From the IMG/VR virus record IMGVR_UViG_3300013111_000325, positions 1 through 64,000 of that record: a stretch of 64,000 bases of DNA, one strand, 5' to 3'. Positions 1 through 9,871 of this stretch are shown in pieces; position 1 is the first letter of the stretch, and each line of letters opens with the position of its first letter. The DNA is from a virus. Below the pieces are notes generated by a model. It did not search any database and was not told the origin of the DNA. It worked only from the letters and a program-made list of their open reading frames with translations. A program made the translations under genes and the position numbers.

Positions 1-318
1 CATTATCTTGAATATGAAATGCAATATCCTGATCAAGAAAATGCATTTGATGATGATTCTGACCCATACGAAACAGGCTTCAATGAAGTGCATAGTCTTG
101 ATGATATTTTACCTGCTATCAAAAGAAGTATAAAAGAAAACACATCTTTCAAATTTAGAACAAGAGATGACTACGAGGTTATTGTGAACCCAAGAATTTC
201 AAAAAATATTTACGAAACATATTTGAAATTGAATGATTACAATAAAGAAAAATTTGCAAATAATCTCGTAGAAAGTAAAACCAGTTTTTGGAAAGTCGCA
301 TCATTTGCAACAAAGTAA
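1..318 (+). CDS. Hypothetical protein of the prohead-core region (5' partial; frame open from base 1)
   Basis: Frame 1 has no stop from base 1 (HYLEYEMQYP...) to TAA at 316-318; lies upstream of gp21. Confidence 0.6.
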   Translation, partial: HYLEYEMQYPDQENAFDDDSDPYETGFNEVHSLDDILPAIKRSIKENTSFKFRTRDDYEVIVNPRISKNIYETYLKLNDYNKEKFANNLVESKTSFWKVASFATK

Positions 319-327
319 GGATAAAAC

Positions 328-894
328 ATGAGTACCGCATTTAGACCTGTAAGTTATACTGCATTAGCAAACGTAGCATCTGTTTCTACGGGTTCAGCAT
401 CTACAGGAGCATTTGCACCAAAGAGTCATGCAAGCGTATTAAGGGTTGCAACTACTGTTGATGCATATGTTAATATTGTAAGTCAAGCCGCCGATGTTGT
501 GGCTGATGTAAATAATGTATTAGTTCTCAGCGGAGATCCTGCATACATTAAAGTAGATACAATCAGAGGTGAGATATCGAGCATCACAGATCCTGGTTCA
601 GGTTCAACAACGGTTGTATTAAATCAACCAGATAATGGAACTGCACATGCGTTTGTTGTTGGAGATCTTGTTATTTTTGAAAATACAACAAATTACAATT
701 CTTATACAGTTTCAGGTGGAACGTTACCTGTTGTTACTGCCGTTACAAATTCTAGTGCATTCACAGTGGCATCTTCTGGTAGTTCAATAGCAAACGAAAC
801 TTCTGGTACAGTGAGAAAAGCATATAAGATGGGTATCAAAGCCACCACGGGTACAGGTAAAGCATCAGTACACGAAGTAACTTTACAAGGTTAA
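328..894 (+). CDS. Putative virion structural protein (S/T/V/G-rich, beta-type)
   Basis: AGGA RBS; composition typical of virion proteins; located in the head module. Confidence 0.55.
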   Translation: MSTAFRPVSYTALANVASVSTGSASTGAFAPKSHASVLRVATTVDAYVNIVSQAADVVADVNNVLVLSGDPAYIKVDTIRGEISSITDPGSGSTTVVLNQPDNGTAHAFVVGDLVIFENTTNYNSYTVSGGTLPVVTAVTNSSAFTVASSGSSIANETSGTVRKAYKMGIKATTGTGKASVHEVTLQG

Positions 895-895
895 T

Positions 896-1297
896 ATGTT
901 AAAATTTACAGATTTTTTCGATGGAAAAATAGAAGAACCAGTAGAAGTAGATCCTCATTCGGGCGATCCTCTTGATGAAAGAGTTCTTGGCGTCCAAGAT
1001 CGAATGAAACTTTCTCGTAGAATGAAACGTTTTCAACATAGAATACAGAGAAAACGGAAAATCCAAATGAGAAGAAAAGCAGATTCAGGTAGACTACAAA
1101 AAAGAGCAAGAAAAGGTGCCAGAAATGATATGAAAAAGAGAGTTTCTGGAGGTAAATCTTATAGAAAAATGAGTTTTGGTATGAAAAAAATGATAGATCA
1201 AAAGTTAGAAAATAAAGCAAAACAAAGTGCTATCAAAAGATTTACAAAAAGAAAAGTAAAGGATAAACGTAAACTAGACATTGCGAGAAGAAAATGA
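896..1297 (+). CDS. Highly basic prohead-core/internal protein (gp67/gp68 position)
   Basis: K/R-rich body after an acidic leader ending LDE; directly upstream of and overlapping gp21. Confidence 0.6.
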   Translation: MLKFTDFFDGKIEEPVEVDPHSGDPLDERVLGVQDRMKLSRRMKRFQHRIQRKRKIQMRRKADSGRLQKRARKGARNDMKKRVSGGKSYRKMSFGMKKMIDQKLENKAKQSAIKRFTKRKVKDKRKLDIARRK

Positions 1298-1938
1298 AAT
1301 TAATTACAGAAATTAATGAGGATCTTGAATACGTTATTGAAGGTACAGGAAATAATAAAAGTATGTACATCAATGGTGTATTCATGATGAGTGAGACAAA
1401 AAATCGCAATGGAAGAATTTATGGTAAAGATATTTTATTCAATGAAGTAAATAGATATCGTAAAGAATATGTAGATAAAAATAGAGCATTTGGCGAACTC
1501 GGACATCCAGAAGGACCTACAATAAACCTTGAGCGAGTTTCGCATATGATTAGAGAACTAAAAGAAGACGGAAATAATATTGTAGGTAAAGCGAAAATTA
1601 TGGACACACCTTATGGTAACATTGTCAAAAATTTGATTAATGAAGGTGCCAAGTTAGGTGTATCTTCAAGAGGTATGGGTTCTCTTGAAGAAAAAGGTGG
1701 TGCTAACTATGTCAAAGATGATTTTTATTTGGCGACCGCCGCAGACATTGTAGCAGACCCTTCTGCTCCCGATGCGTTTGTTGATGGTATTATGGAAGGT
1801 AAAGAGTGGATTTGGGATAATGGTGTGGTTAAAGAGGCCACTATCGCAAAGATTAAAGAAAGTATTAAGAGAAGTCCTGCTTCTAATCTTGATAATAACA
1901 AGTTGAAAGCATTTAATTCTTTTCTTTCTAAACTTTAG
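1294..1938 (+). CDS. gp21: Prohead protease gp21
   Basis: NRNGRIY, GELGHP, GVSSRGMGS, DIVADPSAPDAFV motifs. Confidence 0.97.
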   Translation: MKLITEINEDLEYVIEGTGNNKSMYINGVFMMSETKNRNGRIYGKDILFNEVNRYRKEYVDKNRAFGELGHPEGPTINLERVSHMIRELKEDGNNIVGKAKIMDTPYGNIVKNLINEGAKLGVSSRGMGSLEEKGGANYVKDDFYLATAADIVADPSAPDAFVDGIMEGKEWIWDNGVVKEATIAKIKESIKRSPASNLDNNKLKAFNSFLSKL

Positions 1939-1942
1939 GTAT

Positions 1943-1950
1943 TATAAATA
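1943..1950 (+). promoter_or_regulatory. T4-type late promoter TATAAATA
   Basis: Exact consensus, intergenic before gp22-gp23; gp55 is encoded in the window. Confidence 0.85.
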
Positions 1951-1985
1951 TAAACAGAGATTTTCTCAAAATATTAGGAGTTTCT

Positions 1986-3281
1986 ATGTCAAAGAAAGAA
2001 ATTCTGGAGCAGGAGCAAGAAGTGCAAGAAGAAACTGAAGTTCAGGTTTCAGAAAATAGTCAGGTAGAAGAAGATTTATCGGCGCCTGGCCAGAGCAAAT
2101 CAACTACAGATAAAACAAATACACAAGCCACAGGTGTAAGGGCGGCTAAAAGATCGTTAGATAAGAAAAGCCCTCAAGATGCTCAGCCTAGTCTATCGGC
2201 AGATCAGAGTTCCGACGATGTTGGTGCTGATCCTACGAAGAGTGGTGCTGAAGATGGTGGCCAGTCAACATCAAAACCAAACTACACTCAAAGTGTAGGT
2301 AAAGCAAAGTCAGGAAAAATGTCAGAATCAGCAACTAGAATGGGCATGATTAAAGATATCTATGACCTATTACAAGAGATGGATAAAGATTCGATTGAAG
2401 AAGTACGTAAGGCACTTTCTGAAGAAGAATCAGGTGAAGAAACAGAAGAGGCTGAAAATACTCAGGTTCTTTCTGAGGACGAACTTGAAGAATTGAAGAA
2501 AGAGTATCAAATCGATATTAAATCTGATGTTGAGGCTTTGATTCAAGGTGAAGAGTTGTCCGAAGAATTCAAGGAAAAAGCGGCAACAATTTTTGAGGCC
2601 GCAGTATTTGCAAAGGTAAACGAAGAGGTTAACCAAAGAGTAGAAACTCTTGAAGAGCAATACAAAACTCAGTTAGAAGAAACCATTCTTGAGACAAGAG
2701 AAGAAATGGTCAAGAAAGTCGATGACTACTTGAACTATGTTGTTAAAGAGTGGATGCAAGAGAATGAATTGGCAATTGAAAAAGGAATTAGATCCGAGAT
2801 TGTTGAAGATTTCATGGTTGGTCTTAAAAATCTTTTTGTCGAACATTATATCGACATTCCAGAAGAAAAGGTTGATCTTGTTGACGATCTTTTTGCTAAG
2901 GTTGAAGACCTTGAAGAATCCTTGAACAAAGAGATGGAAAAGAATGTAGATATGCAAAGCGAACTTAAAGAATATAAGAAGTTTGAGGCTATCGCAAACA
3001 TTTCTGAAGATCTTACAGATGTTCAAGTAGAAAAAATGCAAAAACTCGCTGACAGTGTAGACTATGATTCTGAAGAAGAGTATGCAGAAAAATTGCAGGT
3101 AATTAAAGAAAATTATTTTCCTGCTAAAGGTTCAGTTGCTACAGAAGAAGCATCTACAAATGATGATTCACAACCTGAAGTATTAACTGAAGAGGAAGCC
3201 AAAGAAGTTGAAGAAACGGCAGAAATGTCTGACACTATGAAATGGTATAGTTCGGCTATCTCACGAACAATTAAAAAATAA
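1986..3281 (+). CDS. gp22: Prohead core scaffolding protein gp22
   Basis: Acidic coiled coil; ELSEEFKEKAATIFEAAV and KVDDYLNYVVKEWMQENELAIE motifs; between gp21 and gp23. Confidence 0.93.
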   Translation: MSKKEILEQEQEVQEETEVQVSENSQVEEDLSAPGQSKSTTDKTNTQATGVRAAKRSLDKKSPQDAQPSLSADQSSDDVGADPTKSGAEDGGQSTSKPNYTQSVGKAKSGKMSESATRMGMIKDIYDLLQEMDKDSIEEVRKALSEEESGEETEEAENTQVLSEDELEELKKEYQIDIKSDVEALIQGEELSEEFKEKAATIFEAAVFAKVNEEVNQRVETLEEQYKTQLEETILETREEMVKKVDDYLNYVVKEWMQENELAIEKGIRSEIVEDFMVGLKNLFVEHYIDIPEEKVDLVDDLFAKVEDLEESLNKEMEKNVDMQSELKEYKKFEAIANISEDLTDVQVEKMQKLADSVDYDSEEEYAEKLQVIKENYFPAKGSVATEEASTNDDSQPEVLTEEEAKEVEETAEMSDTMKWYSSAISRTIKK

Positions 3282-3311
3282 TCCTAACGCACCCTATAGG
3301 AGAAAGTAAAT

Positions 3312-4700
3312 ATGTATTTGTCTGAACAACTACAAAAAAAATGGGGTCCAATTCTTGAGCACCCAGATTTGGGTAATATCAAGGACCCATACAAGAGAGC
3401 AGTAACAACTCTCTTGTTAGAAAACCAAGAAAAAGCACAGAGCATGGACAATGAAGTCTTGTCTTCACAAAACTTCTTGACAGAAGCGGGTTTTGGTGCT
3501 GGTACAATGCCAGATACACCTGCCGCTCACACGGCAGCCGGTGGTGGTCACGTTGCAAAATTTGACCCAATTCTCATTTCTCTCGTAAGAAGAGCAATGC
3601 CTAACTTGATTGCATATGACATTTGTGGTGTGCAACCAATGACAGGTCCTACTGGTCTTATTTTCGCAATGAGATCTAAGAAAGGTTCTGGTTCAGGTAG
3701 TGAAACATTCTACGATGAAGTAACACCAGCATATTCAGGTAATACCAATACAACTGATACAACTTCATTGAACCCAGGTCTTATGATTGTTGCTAATGCT
3801 TCTGCTACAGGTGGTGGTGCTGGTAACACATCTTATCTTGACACTGGTGGTCCTATGGAAACCGCTAGAGCAGAACATTTGACACCTGCTAATATGTCTT
3901 TCAGTATCGAGAAGTTGAGTGTAACTGCTAGATCAAGAGCATTGAAAGCAGATTACACAATGGAAGTCGCCCAGGATCTTAAAGCCGTTCACGGTCTTGA
4001 TGCTGAAACAGAACTTTCCAACATTCTCTCAGCAGAAATTCTTGCTGAAATTAACAGAGAAGTTGTACGTAAGATTTACGGTGAAGCAAAAATTGGCGCA
4101 CAACATAACACAACCGCCGCTGGTATTTTCGATCTTGACACCGACTCTAATGGTCGTTGGTCTGTTGAAAAATTCAAGGGTCTCATGTTCCAGATTGAGC
4201 GTGAAGCAAACGCTATCGCAAAAGACACACGTAGAGGTAAAGGTAATATCATCATTACTTCTTCTGATGTTGCTTCTGCATTGCAAATGGCTGGTGTTCT
4301 TGATTATACACCTGCTCTTGATAGCAATAACATTAGCCCAGATGACACAGGCAATACTTTTGTTGGTGTTCTTAATGGTCGCTACAGAGTGTATATCGAT
4401 CCATATGCAGTAGCCAGTTCCACAAACTGGTTCGTAGTAGGTTATAAAGGTTCTTCAGCATATGATGCTGGTATCTTCTACTGCCCATATGTCCCATTGC
4501 AAATGGTACGTGCGGTTGATACTAATACATTTCAACCAAAAATTGGATTTAAGACTCGCTATGGCATGGTCAGAAATCCATTTGCCCAAGGTTCAACAGC
4601 CAGAAGTTCAGTTGCCGGTTTTGATATCGGTGGTGATGATACTACATCTGTACAAAGCAACGTCTACTACAGACTTGTTCGTGTAAATAACTTGATGTAA
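3312..4700 (+). CDS. gp23: Major capsid protein gp23
   Basis: DPILISLVRRAMPNLIAYDICGVQPMTGPTGLIFAMR, YCPYVPLQM and FQPKIGFKTRYG motifs. Confidence 0.99.
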   Translation: MYLSEQLQKKWGPILEHPDLGNIKDPYKRAVTTLLLENQEKAQSMDNEVLSSQNFLTEAGFGAGTMPDTPAAHTAAGGGHVAKFDPILISLVRRAMPNLIAYDICGVQPMTGPTGLIFAMRSKKGSGSGSETFYDEVTPAYSGNTNTTDTTSLNPGLMIVANASATGGGAGNTSYLDTGGPMETARAEHLTPANMSFSIEKLSVTARSRALKADYTMEVAQDLKAVHGLDAETELSNILSAEILAEINREVVRKIYGEAKIGAQHNTTAAGIFDLDTDSNGRWSVEKFKGLMFQIEREANAIAKDTRRGKGNIIITSSDVASALQMAGVLDYTPALDSNNISPDDTGNTFVGVLNGRYRVYIDPYAVASSTNWFVVGYKGSSAYDAGIFYCPYVPLQMVRAVDTNTFQPKIGFKTRYGMVRNPFAQGSTARSSVAGFDIGGDDTTSVQSNVYYRLVRVNNLM

Positions 4701-4726
4701 TTTTTCTTGTACATTAAGTTATAGTT

Positions 4727-4763
4727 AAAAGGGGGATCCATCTCACGAGGGTCCCCTTTTTTT
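4727..4763 (+). terminator. Rho-independent terminator after gp23
   Basis: GGGGGATCC...GGGTCCCC stem followed by T7; a second hairpin (4688-4722) spans the gp23 stop. Confidence 0.85.
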
Positions 4764-4782
4764 GTATGAAAAACTTGGTGAT

Positions 4783-4847
4783 CCCAAACAAAAATACCCC
4801 CTCCAAAATCCGGATGGAAAAATCACCCAAAAAGTCGGCTTAAAAAT
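4783..4847 (+). repeat. 65-bp dispersed A-tract repeat, copy 1
   Basis: Aligns ungapped with 20836-20900, 52/65 identical by manual count. Confidence 0.85.
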
Positions 4848-5565
4848 GATATTTGTAATTGGTAATGGTGCCTCACGAAAAAATGTAAATCTAAACATTT
4901 TAAAACAACATGGTAAAGTTATTGGATGCAATGCTCTTTACAGAGATTTTGCTCCTGATCATTTGTTCGCAAACGACTCAATCATATTACATGAAATTTT
5001 ATCGAGTGATTATCCCAAACATCATGAAGTTTTTTTACTAAAAGGAGAAATACAATTTTTATCAGAAGATTTATATTTCAATATTAAAATGGGTCTCTCT
5101 AATATTACAGAGAATGAAAAAAATAATTCGACAGAATTTATTGTTCACGGAATGAATGATAGTGAACCATATCTTACATGGCTACCTCGTGGTCATAAAC
5201 TAAAAGAAACGTCTTGGGTAGAAACTGATGATATTCTAATATACAATACAGGATTTAACGCATGTAGATTAGCATGTGAGTTATATCCTGATGAAGATAT
5301 TTACATGATAGGTTTTGATATCTTTGGTAAGAGGAACAATTTGTATGATGGTACATACGGATATCACGATCCAGAAAGAGAACATTATGAAGAGCAGGGA
5401 TGGGTAGTTATTTTTAATCAATTACCATCAATATATCCGAATATAAATATAAGAAGAGTTATAGATTATGGACCAGAACTTGAAAACATACAAAGTATTA
5501 CTTACGAAGAATTATGTCAACATTCTCAAATCAACCTGACAACTTTAATTACTTCAACCCAGTAG
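4846..5565 (+). CDS. DUF115/MptE- or sialyltransferase-like fold protein (putative sugar transferase)
   Basis: FVIGNGASR, GCNALYRD and IYMIGFD motifs; probable start is ATG 4846 rather than 4762. Confidence 0.6.
   Translation: MIFVIGNGASRKNVNLNILKQHGKVIGCNALYRDFAPDHLFANDSIILHEILSSDYPKHHEVFLLKGEIQFLSEDLYFNIKMGLSNITENEKNNSTEFIVHGMNDSEPYLTWLPRGHKLKETSWVETDDILIYNTGFNACRLACELYPDEDIYMIGFDIFGKRNNLYDGTYGYHDPEREHYEEQGWVVIFNQLPSIYPNINIRRVIDYGPELENIQSITYEELCQHSQINLTTLITSTQ
5442..5449 (+). promoter_or_regulatory. Late promoter TATAAATA upstream of gp3
   Basis: Exact consensus about 65 nt before the gp3 start, inside the upstream ORF. Confidence 0.6.
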
Positions 5566-6053
5566 GGTTCAAATTTGAAGTAGATAAACTTCCAAATGTT
5601 AATTTTTTCTGTCAATCTGCTACACTACCTGGACTCACACTAGGAGAAGCAACTCTACCAAACCCATTTAGAGATATACCAACACCAGGTGATAAAATAT
5701 TATTTGAGGAATTAACAATTAGATTTATTGTTGATGAAGAACTACAAAATTGGCTTGAAATGAAAGAGTGGATATTTGGATTAGGATATCCAAACCGTCA
5801 AGAAGAATATGTTAAATTAGCAAAAGAAAATTCAGGTATAAAACCAAAAGGAAACAAATACTCAGAAGGTGTTCTTATGATTTTGACCAGTCATAAAAAT
5901 GCACAAATCAAAGTTACTTTTCAAGATCTATGGCCAGTGACTTTATCTGGTATACAAATGGATTCTTCTGTAACTGAAGTAGATTATATTACCGCAGATG
6001 CCACATTTGCGTACACAATATATAATGTAGAACGATTAATTGGAGAACATTAA
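5514..6053 (+). CDS. gp3: Tail completion / tail tube terminator protein gp3
   Basis: NFFCQSATLPG and FIVDEELQNWLE motifs; synteny gp23-gp3-uvsY. Confidence 0.9.
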   Translation: MSTFSNQPDNFNYFNPVGFKFEVDKLPNVNFFCQSATLPGLTLGEATLPNPFRDIPTPGDKILFEELTIRFIVDEELQNWLEMKEWIFGLGYPNRQEEYVKLAKENSGIKPKGNKYSEGVLMILTSHKNAQIKVTFQDLWPVTLSGIQMDSSVTEVDYITADATFAYTIYNVERLIGEH

Positions 6054-6065
6054 TTATGAGGTTTG

Positions 6066-6506
6066 ATGAAATTAGAAGAAATACAAGAATCATGGTCCAG
6101 TGACAGTCAAATTGATGATACAGAATTAGATAATGAATCTCTCAAAATTCCTGAATTACATCACAAATATTTTAGAATATTTTCAGATGAAAAACTCAAA
6201 CTTGTGCGAATGTATTCAAAGCAAAAAGAGTTACGCAGACTAAAATGGTTGTATTACACAGGAAAACTTGATCAAGAAACACTAGAAAATTTAGAATGGC
6301 ATGTGTTTGAACTTGACATAAAAAAGAACCGAAGTGATTTAGAAATGTTTATAGAATCCGACAAAGATATTCTAGAATTAGTAGAAAAAATATCATATCA
6401 AAAAGAAAAAATAGATTATTTAGAATCAATTATTAAAACATTAAATACACGAGGGTTTCAAATTAAGAACGCAATTGATTGGAAACGCTTTACTATGGGG
6501 ACTTGA
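6066..6506 (+). CDS. uvsY: Recombination mediator UvsY
   Basis: ESLKIPELHHKY, YYTGK and RGFQIKNAIDWKRF motifs. Confidence 0.93.
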   Translation: MKLEEIQESWSSDSQIDDTELDNESLKIPELHHKYFRIFSDEKLKLVRMYSKQKELRRLKWLYYTGKLDQETLENLEWHVFELDIKKNRSDLEMFIESDKDILELVEKISYQKEKIDYLESIIKTLNTRGFQIKNAIDWKRFTMGT

Positions 6507-7550
6507 ATGTATGATATATTGATAATGACAGGATCATCATTAGATCCTGCTGATGGTGGTACAATGGGTGGTACTGAAAGACAAATTCTTTCCGTTGCCG
6601 AATCATTGGCACACGAAGGTTTAGATGTTGCAATAGTACATTCTATTACAGATGGTACTGATAAAGTTATTAATGGAGTAAAACATTTGAATACCTATAG
6701 ACATTATTATGATTATTCTAAAGTAAGATTGATGGCAAATCATTTTGGATATTCTGGTAATTTTCACAGAAACTATACTATGAGTAATGTTCATGTACCT
6801 CCAATGTCACCTATTGAAATGAATTGTGCAGAAAAAACATATTGTTGGTTTCACAACTGGTTTCATCTTTCTAATAATGATTATCCTAGAATTTTTAATT
6901 CTAAAGCGGTAGCAAAATATGTTTATGAACAAAATCCTTTTAGTCACATGGTAAAAAAATTACCTGATGATAAAGTAATTTACTATATGATTCCTAAAGG
7001 ACTAGTCGTACAGCCACAAGAAAAAAGACAGGATTATTTGTTCTGGATGAGTGCTTTCGGTAAAGGCATGAAAGAAGCAATTTTAATGTATATTTCTTTG
7101 TTTGAGAGAGGCTTGACTAAAAGACCTTTCCACATTGCAATACCACCGCAAAGAGACAGAAAAGATGTAGAAGTAGTAGAAAAAATGTTAATAGATGTGA
7201 ATAAGAATGGATATCCTATAAGATTTTTTGGTGAGATGAAGTATGCTGATGCATTGACTAAATTAAGTAAAGCCGCCTGTCTTTTTCGACCTGGATTACC
7301 TCAAGAGACATTTGGACTTGTTTACTTAGAAGCAAATCAATTAGGTGTTCCTGTTCTCACATATAAGGGTGATGCAGGAGAAGAAATTTTACAAGATAAA
7401 CACAATATGTTAATAGATAAACATCACAAACTACAAGACATATCGAACTGGTTAATAGATATAGACGAGCAAAAAACAACAGTAGACATGAGCAAATTTG
7501 ATCCAGATAGAATAAAGAAACAGTGGATTAAATTGATAGAAAATGCATAA
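6507..7550 (+). CDS. Glycosyltransferase (GT-B, family 4-like)
   Basis: MGGTERQ N-terminal motif; ETFGLVYLEANQLGVPVL (E-x7-E) motif. Confidence 0.85.
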   Translation: MYDILIMTGSSLDPADGGTMGGTERQILSVAESLAHEGLDVAIVHSITDGTDKVINGVKHLNTYRHYYDYSKVRLMANHFGYSGNFHRNYTMSNVHVPPMSPIEMNCAEKTYCWFHNWFHLSNNDYPRIFNSKAVAKYVYEQNPFSHMVKKLPDDKVIYYMIPKGLVVQPQEKRQDYLFWMSAFGKGMKEAILMYISLFERGLTKRPFHIAIPPQRDRKDVEVVEKMLIDVNKNGYPIRFFGEMKYADALTKLSKAACLFRPGLPQETFGLVYLEANQLGVPVLTYKGDAGEEILQDKHNMLIDKHHKLQDISNWLIDIDEQKTTVDMSKFDPDRIKKQWIKLIENA

Positions 7551-9430
7551 TGCTATACGAACATGATACACTGCTCATAGACAAAAAGAATGAAGTGTTC
7601 ATGACGGTGCAAGCCGAACCTGGACTCGCAAGAGAATTGAGTGATTTTTTTACATTCTTTGTTCCAGGATATCGTTTCATGCCATCATATCGAAATAAGA
7701 TATGGGATGGTAAGATACGACTTTATAATCTACAAAACAAGTATCTTTATAGTGGTCTCATAGACTATGTTGAGAAGTTTGCTTCAGAACGTGAATATAA
7801 GATAGACTACAAAACAAATCCAAAAAACGTAAATGGTTATAATGAGAATGACTATGAAAGACTTGTGCGTTCTCTCAATCTTGAAATAGAACCACGAGAT
7901 TATCAGAGAGATGCATTTCTACATTCAATCAATAATGAACGTGCATTGCTACTCTCACCAACCGCATCTGGTAAATCTCTTATCATATATTTGTTGCTAC
8001 GGCACTATCAAATGAGATTGACAAATTTTAAGGCAATTGTTATAGTACCTACTACATCTCTCGTGGCACAGATGAATTCTGATTTTGCAGACTATGCAAA
8101 GAAAGATCGTTGGAAAGTTGCAGAAAATACACACATGATTTATTCAGGTCATGATAAAGTATCTGACAAACCTATATTCATATCAACTTGGCAATCACTT
8201 TATAAAATGCCTCTCAGTTATTTTTCAGATTTTGATGTAATTATAGGAGATGAATGTTTATCACCTGATACTGATATTATAATGAAAGACGGATCGTTTA
8301 AAAAAATAAAAGATATTTGTGTTGGTGATTATGTAAAAACATACAATGAAATATCAAAAGAAATAGAAAACAAACCTGTATTGAAAGTCCATAAAAATAT
8401 ATCAATAAAAGAAAAAATGTATGAAATAACATTGGATGGAATTAATAAAATTCAAATTACAGGTAATCATAAAGTCCTATTAACCAATGGAGTATGGAAA
8501 CGGGCTGATAGTCTTAAAATAGGAGATCGTATAAAAGGTTCAATAGTTACCTCAATAGTAGAATGTGCTCCTACTGATGAAGTCTATAATTTACACATTG
8601 AAGATAATCACAACTATTTCGCTAATGGTATTGTAGTATCAAATTGTCACCAATTTAAAGCGAAATCTCTGACTGCAATTATGGAGAAGGCGGTCAATAC
8701 CAAATATCGTTTTGGTACAACTGGAACACTTGACGGCACACAAATACACCGTCTTGCATTGGAAGGATTATTTGGACCTGTTTATAAAGTCACGACAACA
8801 AAGAAACTGATTGACAACAAGACACTATCACAGTTTGAGATCAAAGCATTGGTCCTGCAATATTCAGATGAGACATGTAAAGCACTCAAAGGAGCAAATT
8901 ATCAAGAAGAAATAGATTTTCTTGTATCAAATGAGAAACGAAACAACTTTATACGCAATTTAGCACTCAGTCTAAATACTAATACATTGATATTATTTCA
9001 ACTGGTTGAGAAACACGGTAGAATTCTATATAAGTTAATTAAGGATAAAACGAATGAACGACCAGTCTTTTTCGTCTATGGAGGAACCGACACAAACGAC
9101 CGAGAGCAAATTAGAGGAATCGTTGAACGAGAGTCCAATGCCATTATTGTTGCGAGTTACGGCACTTTTTCTACTGGCATCAATATTACTAATCTTCATA
9201 ATGTCATTTTTGCTTCCCCATCTAAATCTCGCATAAGAAATTTACAAAGTATAGGAAGAGGATTGAGAAAGAATGAACAAAAAAATATTGCGATATTATA
9301 TGATGTTGCCGATGATCTATCTTATAAGTCTCATAAAAACTACACTCTTAACCATTTCATTGAACGTATCAAAATATATAATGAAGAACAATTTGAATAC
9401 AAAATTCTTACAATACCAATCGGAGAATGA
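7550..9430 (+). CDS. uvsW: UvsW RNA-DNA/DNA helicase, intein-containing
   Basis: SPTASGKS Walker A; DE[intein]CH motif II; LQSIGRGLR motif VI. Confidence 0.96.
   Translation: MLYEHDTLLIDKKNEVFMTVQAEPGLARELSDFFTFFVPGYRFMPSYRNKIWDGKIRLYNLQNKYLYSGLIDYVEKFASEREYKIDYKTNPKNVNGYNENDYERLVRSLNLEIEPRDYQRDAFLHSINNERALLLSPTASGKSLIIYLLLRHYQMRLTNFKAIVIVPTTSLVAQMNSDFADYAKKDRWKVAENTHMIYSGHDKVSDKPIFISTWQSLYKMPLSYFSDFDVIIGDECLSPDTDIIMKDGSFKKIKDICVGDYVKTYNEISKEIENKPVLKVHKNISIKEKMYEITLDGINKIQITGNHKVLLTNGVWKRADSLKIGDRIKGSIVTSIVECAPTDEVYNLHIEDNHNYFANGIVVSNCHQFKAKSLTAIMEKAVNTKYRFGTTGTLDGTQIHRLALEGLFGPVYKVTTTKKLIDNKTLSQFEIKALVLQYSDETCKALKGANYQEEIDFLVSNEKRNNFIRNLALSLNTNTLILFQLVEKHGRILYKLIKDKTNERPVFFVYGGTDTNDREQIRGIVERESNAIIVASYGTFSTGINITNLHNVIFASPSKSRIRNLQSIGRGLRKNEQKNIAILYDVADDLSYKSHKNYTLNHFIERIKIYNEEQFEYKILTIPIGE
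8255..8644 (+). mobile_element. Mini-intein (130 aa, no homing endonuclease) in UvsW motif II
   Basis: Starts CLSPDT; block B ITGNH; ends VYNLHIEDNHNYFANGIVVSN followed by Cys+1; removal restores GDECHQFKAK. Confidence 0.95.
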
Positions 9431-9431
9431 T

Positions 9432-9764
9432 ATGTCTACGTATAAATACATTCATCTTACAAACGGTGATCACATCTTTACAGAATTACATTTTCCGAAA
9501 GAAAAAACGGGGTTCTTTAAATTAAAACGCCCATTAAAATTAACAATGCAAGAAGATGAAAATCACGTACACTTTGGCTTTATGCCGTGGATACCATTCT
9601 CTGATGATGAAGAAGTGCCATTACAAGCGAAATCAGTAATTACAATGGCAAATCTAAATGATGAGTATAAAGAAATGTATATAAGAGGACTAGAACATCA
9701 TACAAAAATGGAAGATGTAATAGATTTTGAAGACTCTGAAATACCTAATGTACTTTTAAATTAA
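9432..9764 (+). CDS. Conserved small protein downstream of uvsW (Sm-like fold suspected)
   Basis: GGAG RBS before ATG 9432; LTNGDHI...FMPWIPFS pattern; position between uvsW and gp55. Confidence 0.6.
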   Translation: MSTYKYIHLTNGDHIFTELHFPKEKTGFFKLKRPLKLTMQEDENHVHFGFMPWIPFSDDEEVPLQAKSVITMANLNDEYKEMYIRGLEHHTKMEDVIDFEDSEIPNVLLN

Positions 9765-9786
9765 TCATATCAAACGGGACACACCT

Positions 9787-9815
9787 ATAATAACACATTG
9801 TCAAGCATTTGTCAA
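9787..9815 (-). promoter_or_regulatory. Antisense sigma70-type promoter
   Basis: Minus strand reads TTGACA-17 bp-TATTAT with a TG extension. Confidence 0.6.
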
Positions 9816-9819
9816 GCCC

Positions 9820-9847
9820 TTGACTTTTTCATATAGTATGTTATACT
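9820..9847 (+). promoter_or_regulatory. sigma70-type promoter for gp55
   Basis: TTGACT-16 bp-TATACT with TG extension; AAGGAG RBS downstream. Confidence 0.7.
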
Positions 9848-9871
9848 GTACAATAATGAAAGGAGTTACTA

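Noticed and set aside
4762-4845. N-terminal extension of the ORF called at 4762
   Set aside because: It overlaps the terminator and the non-coding repeat; recognisable protein motifs start at ATG 4846
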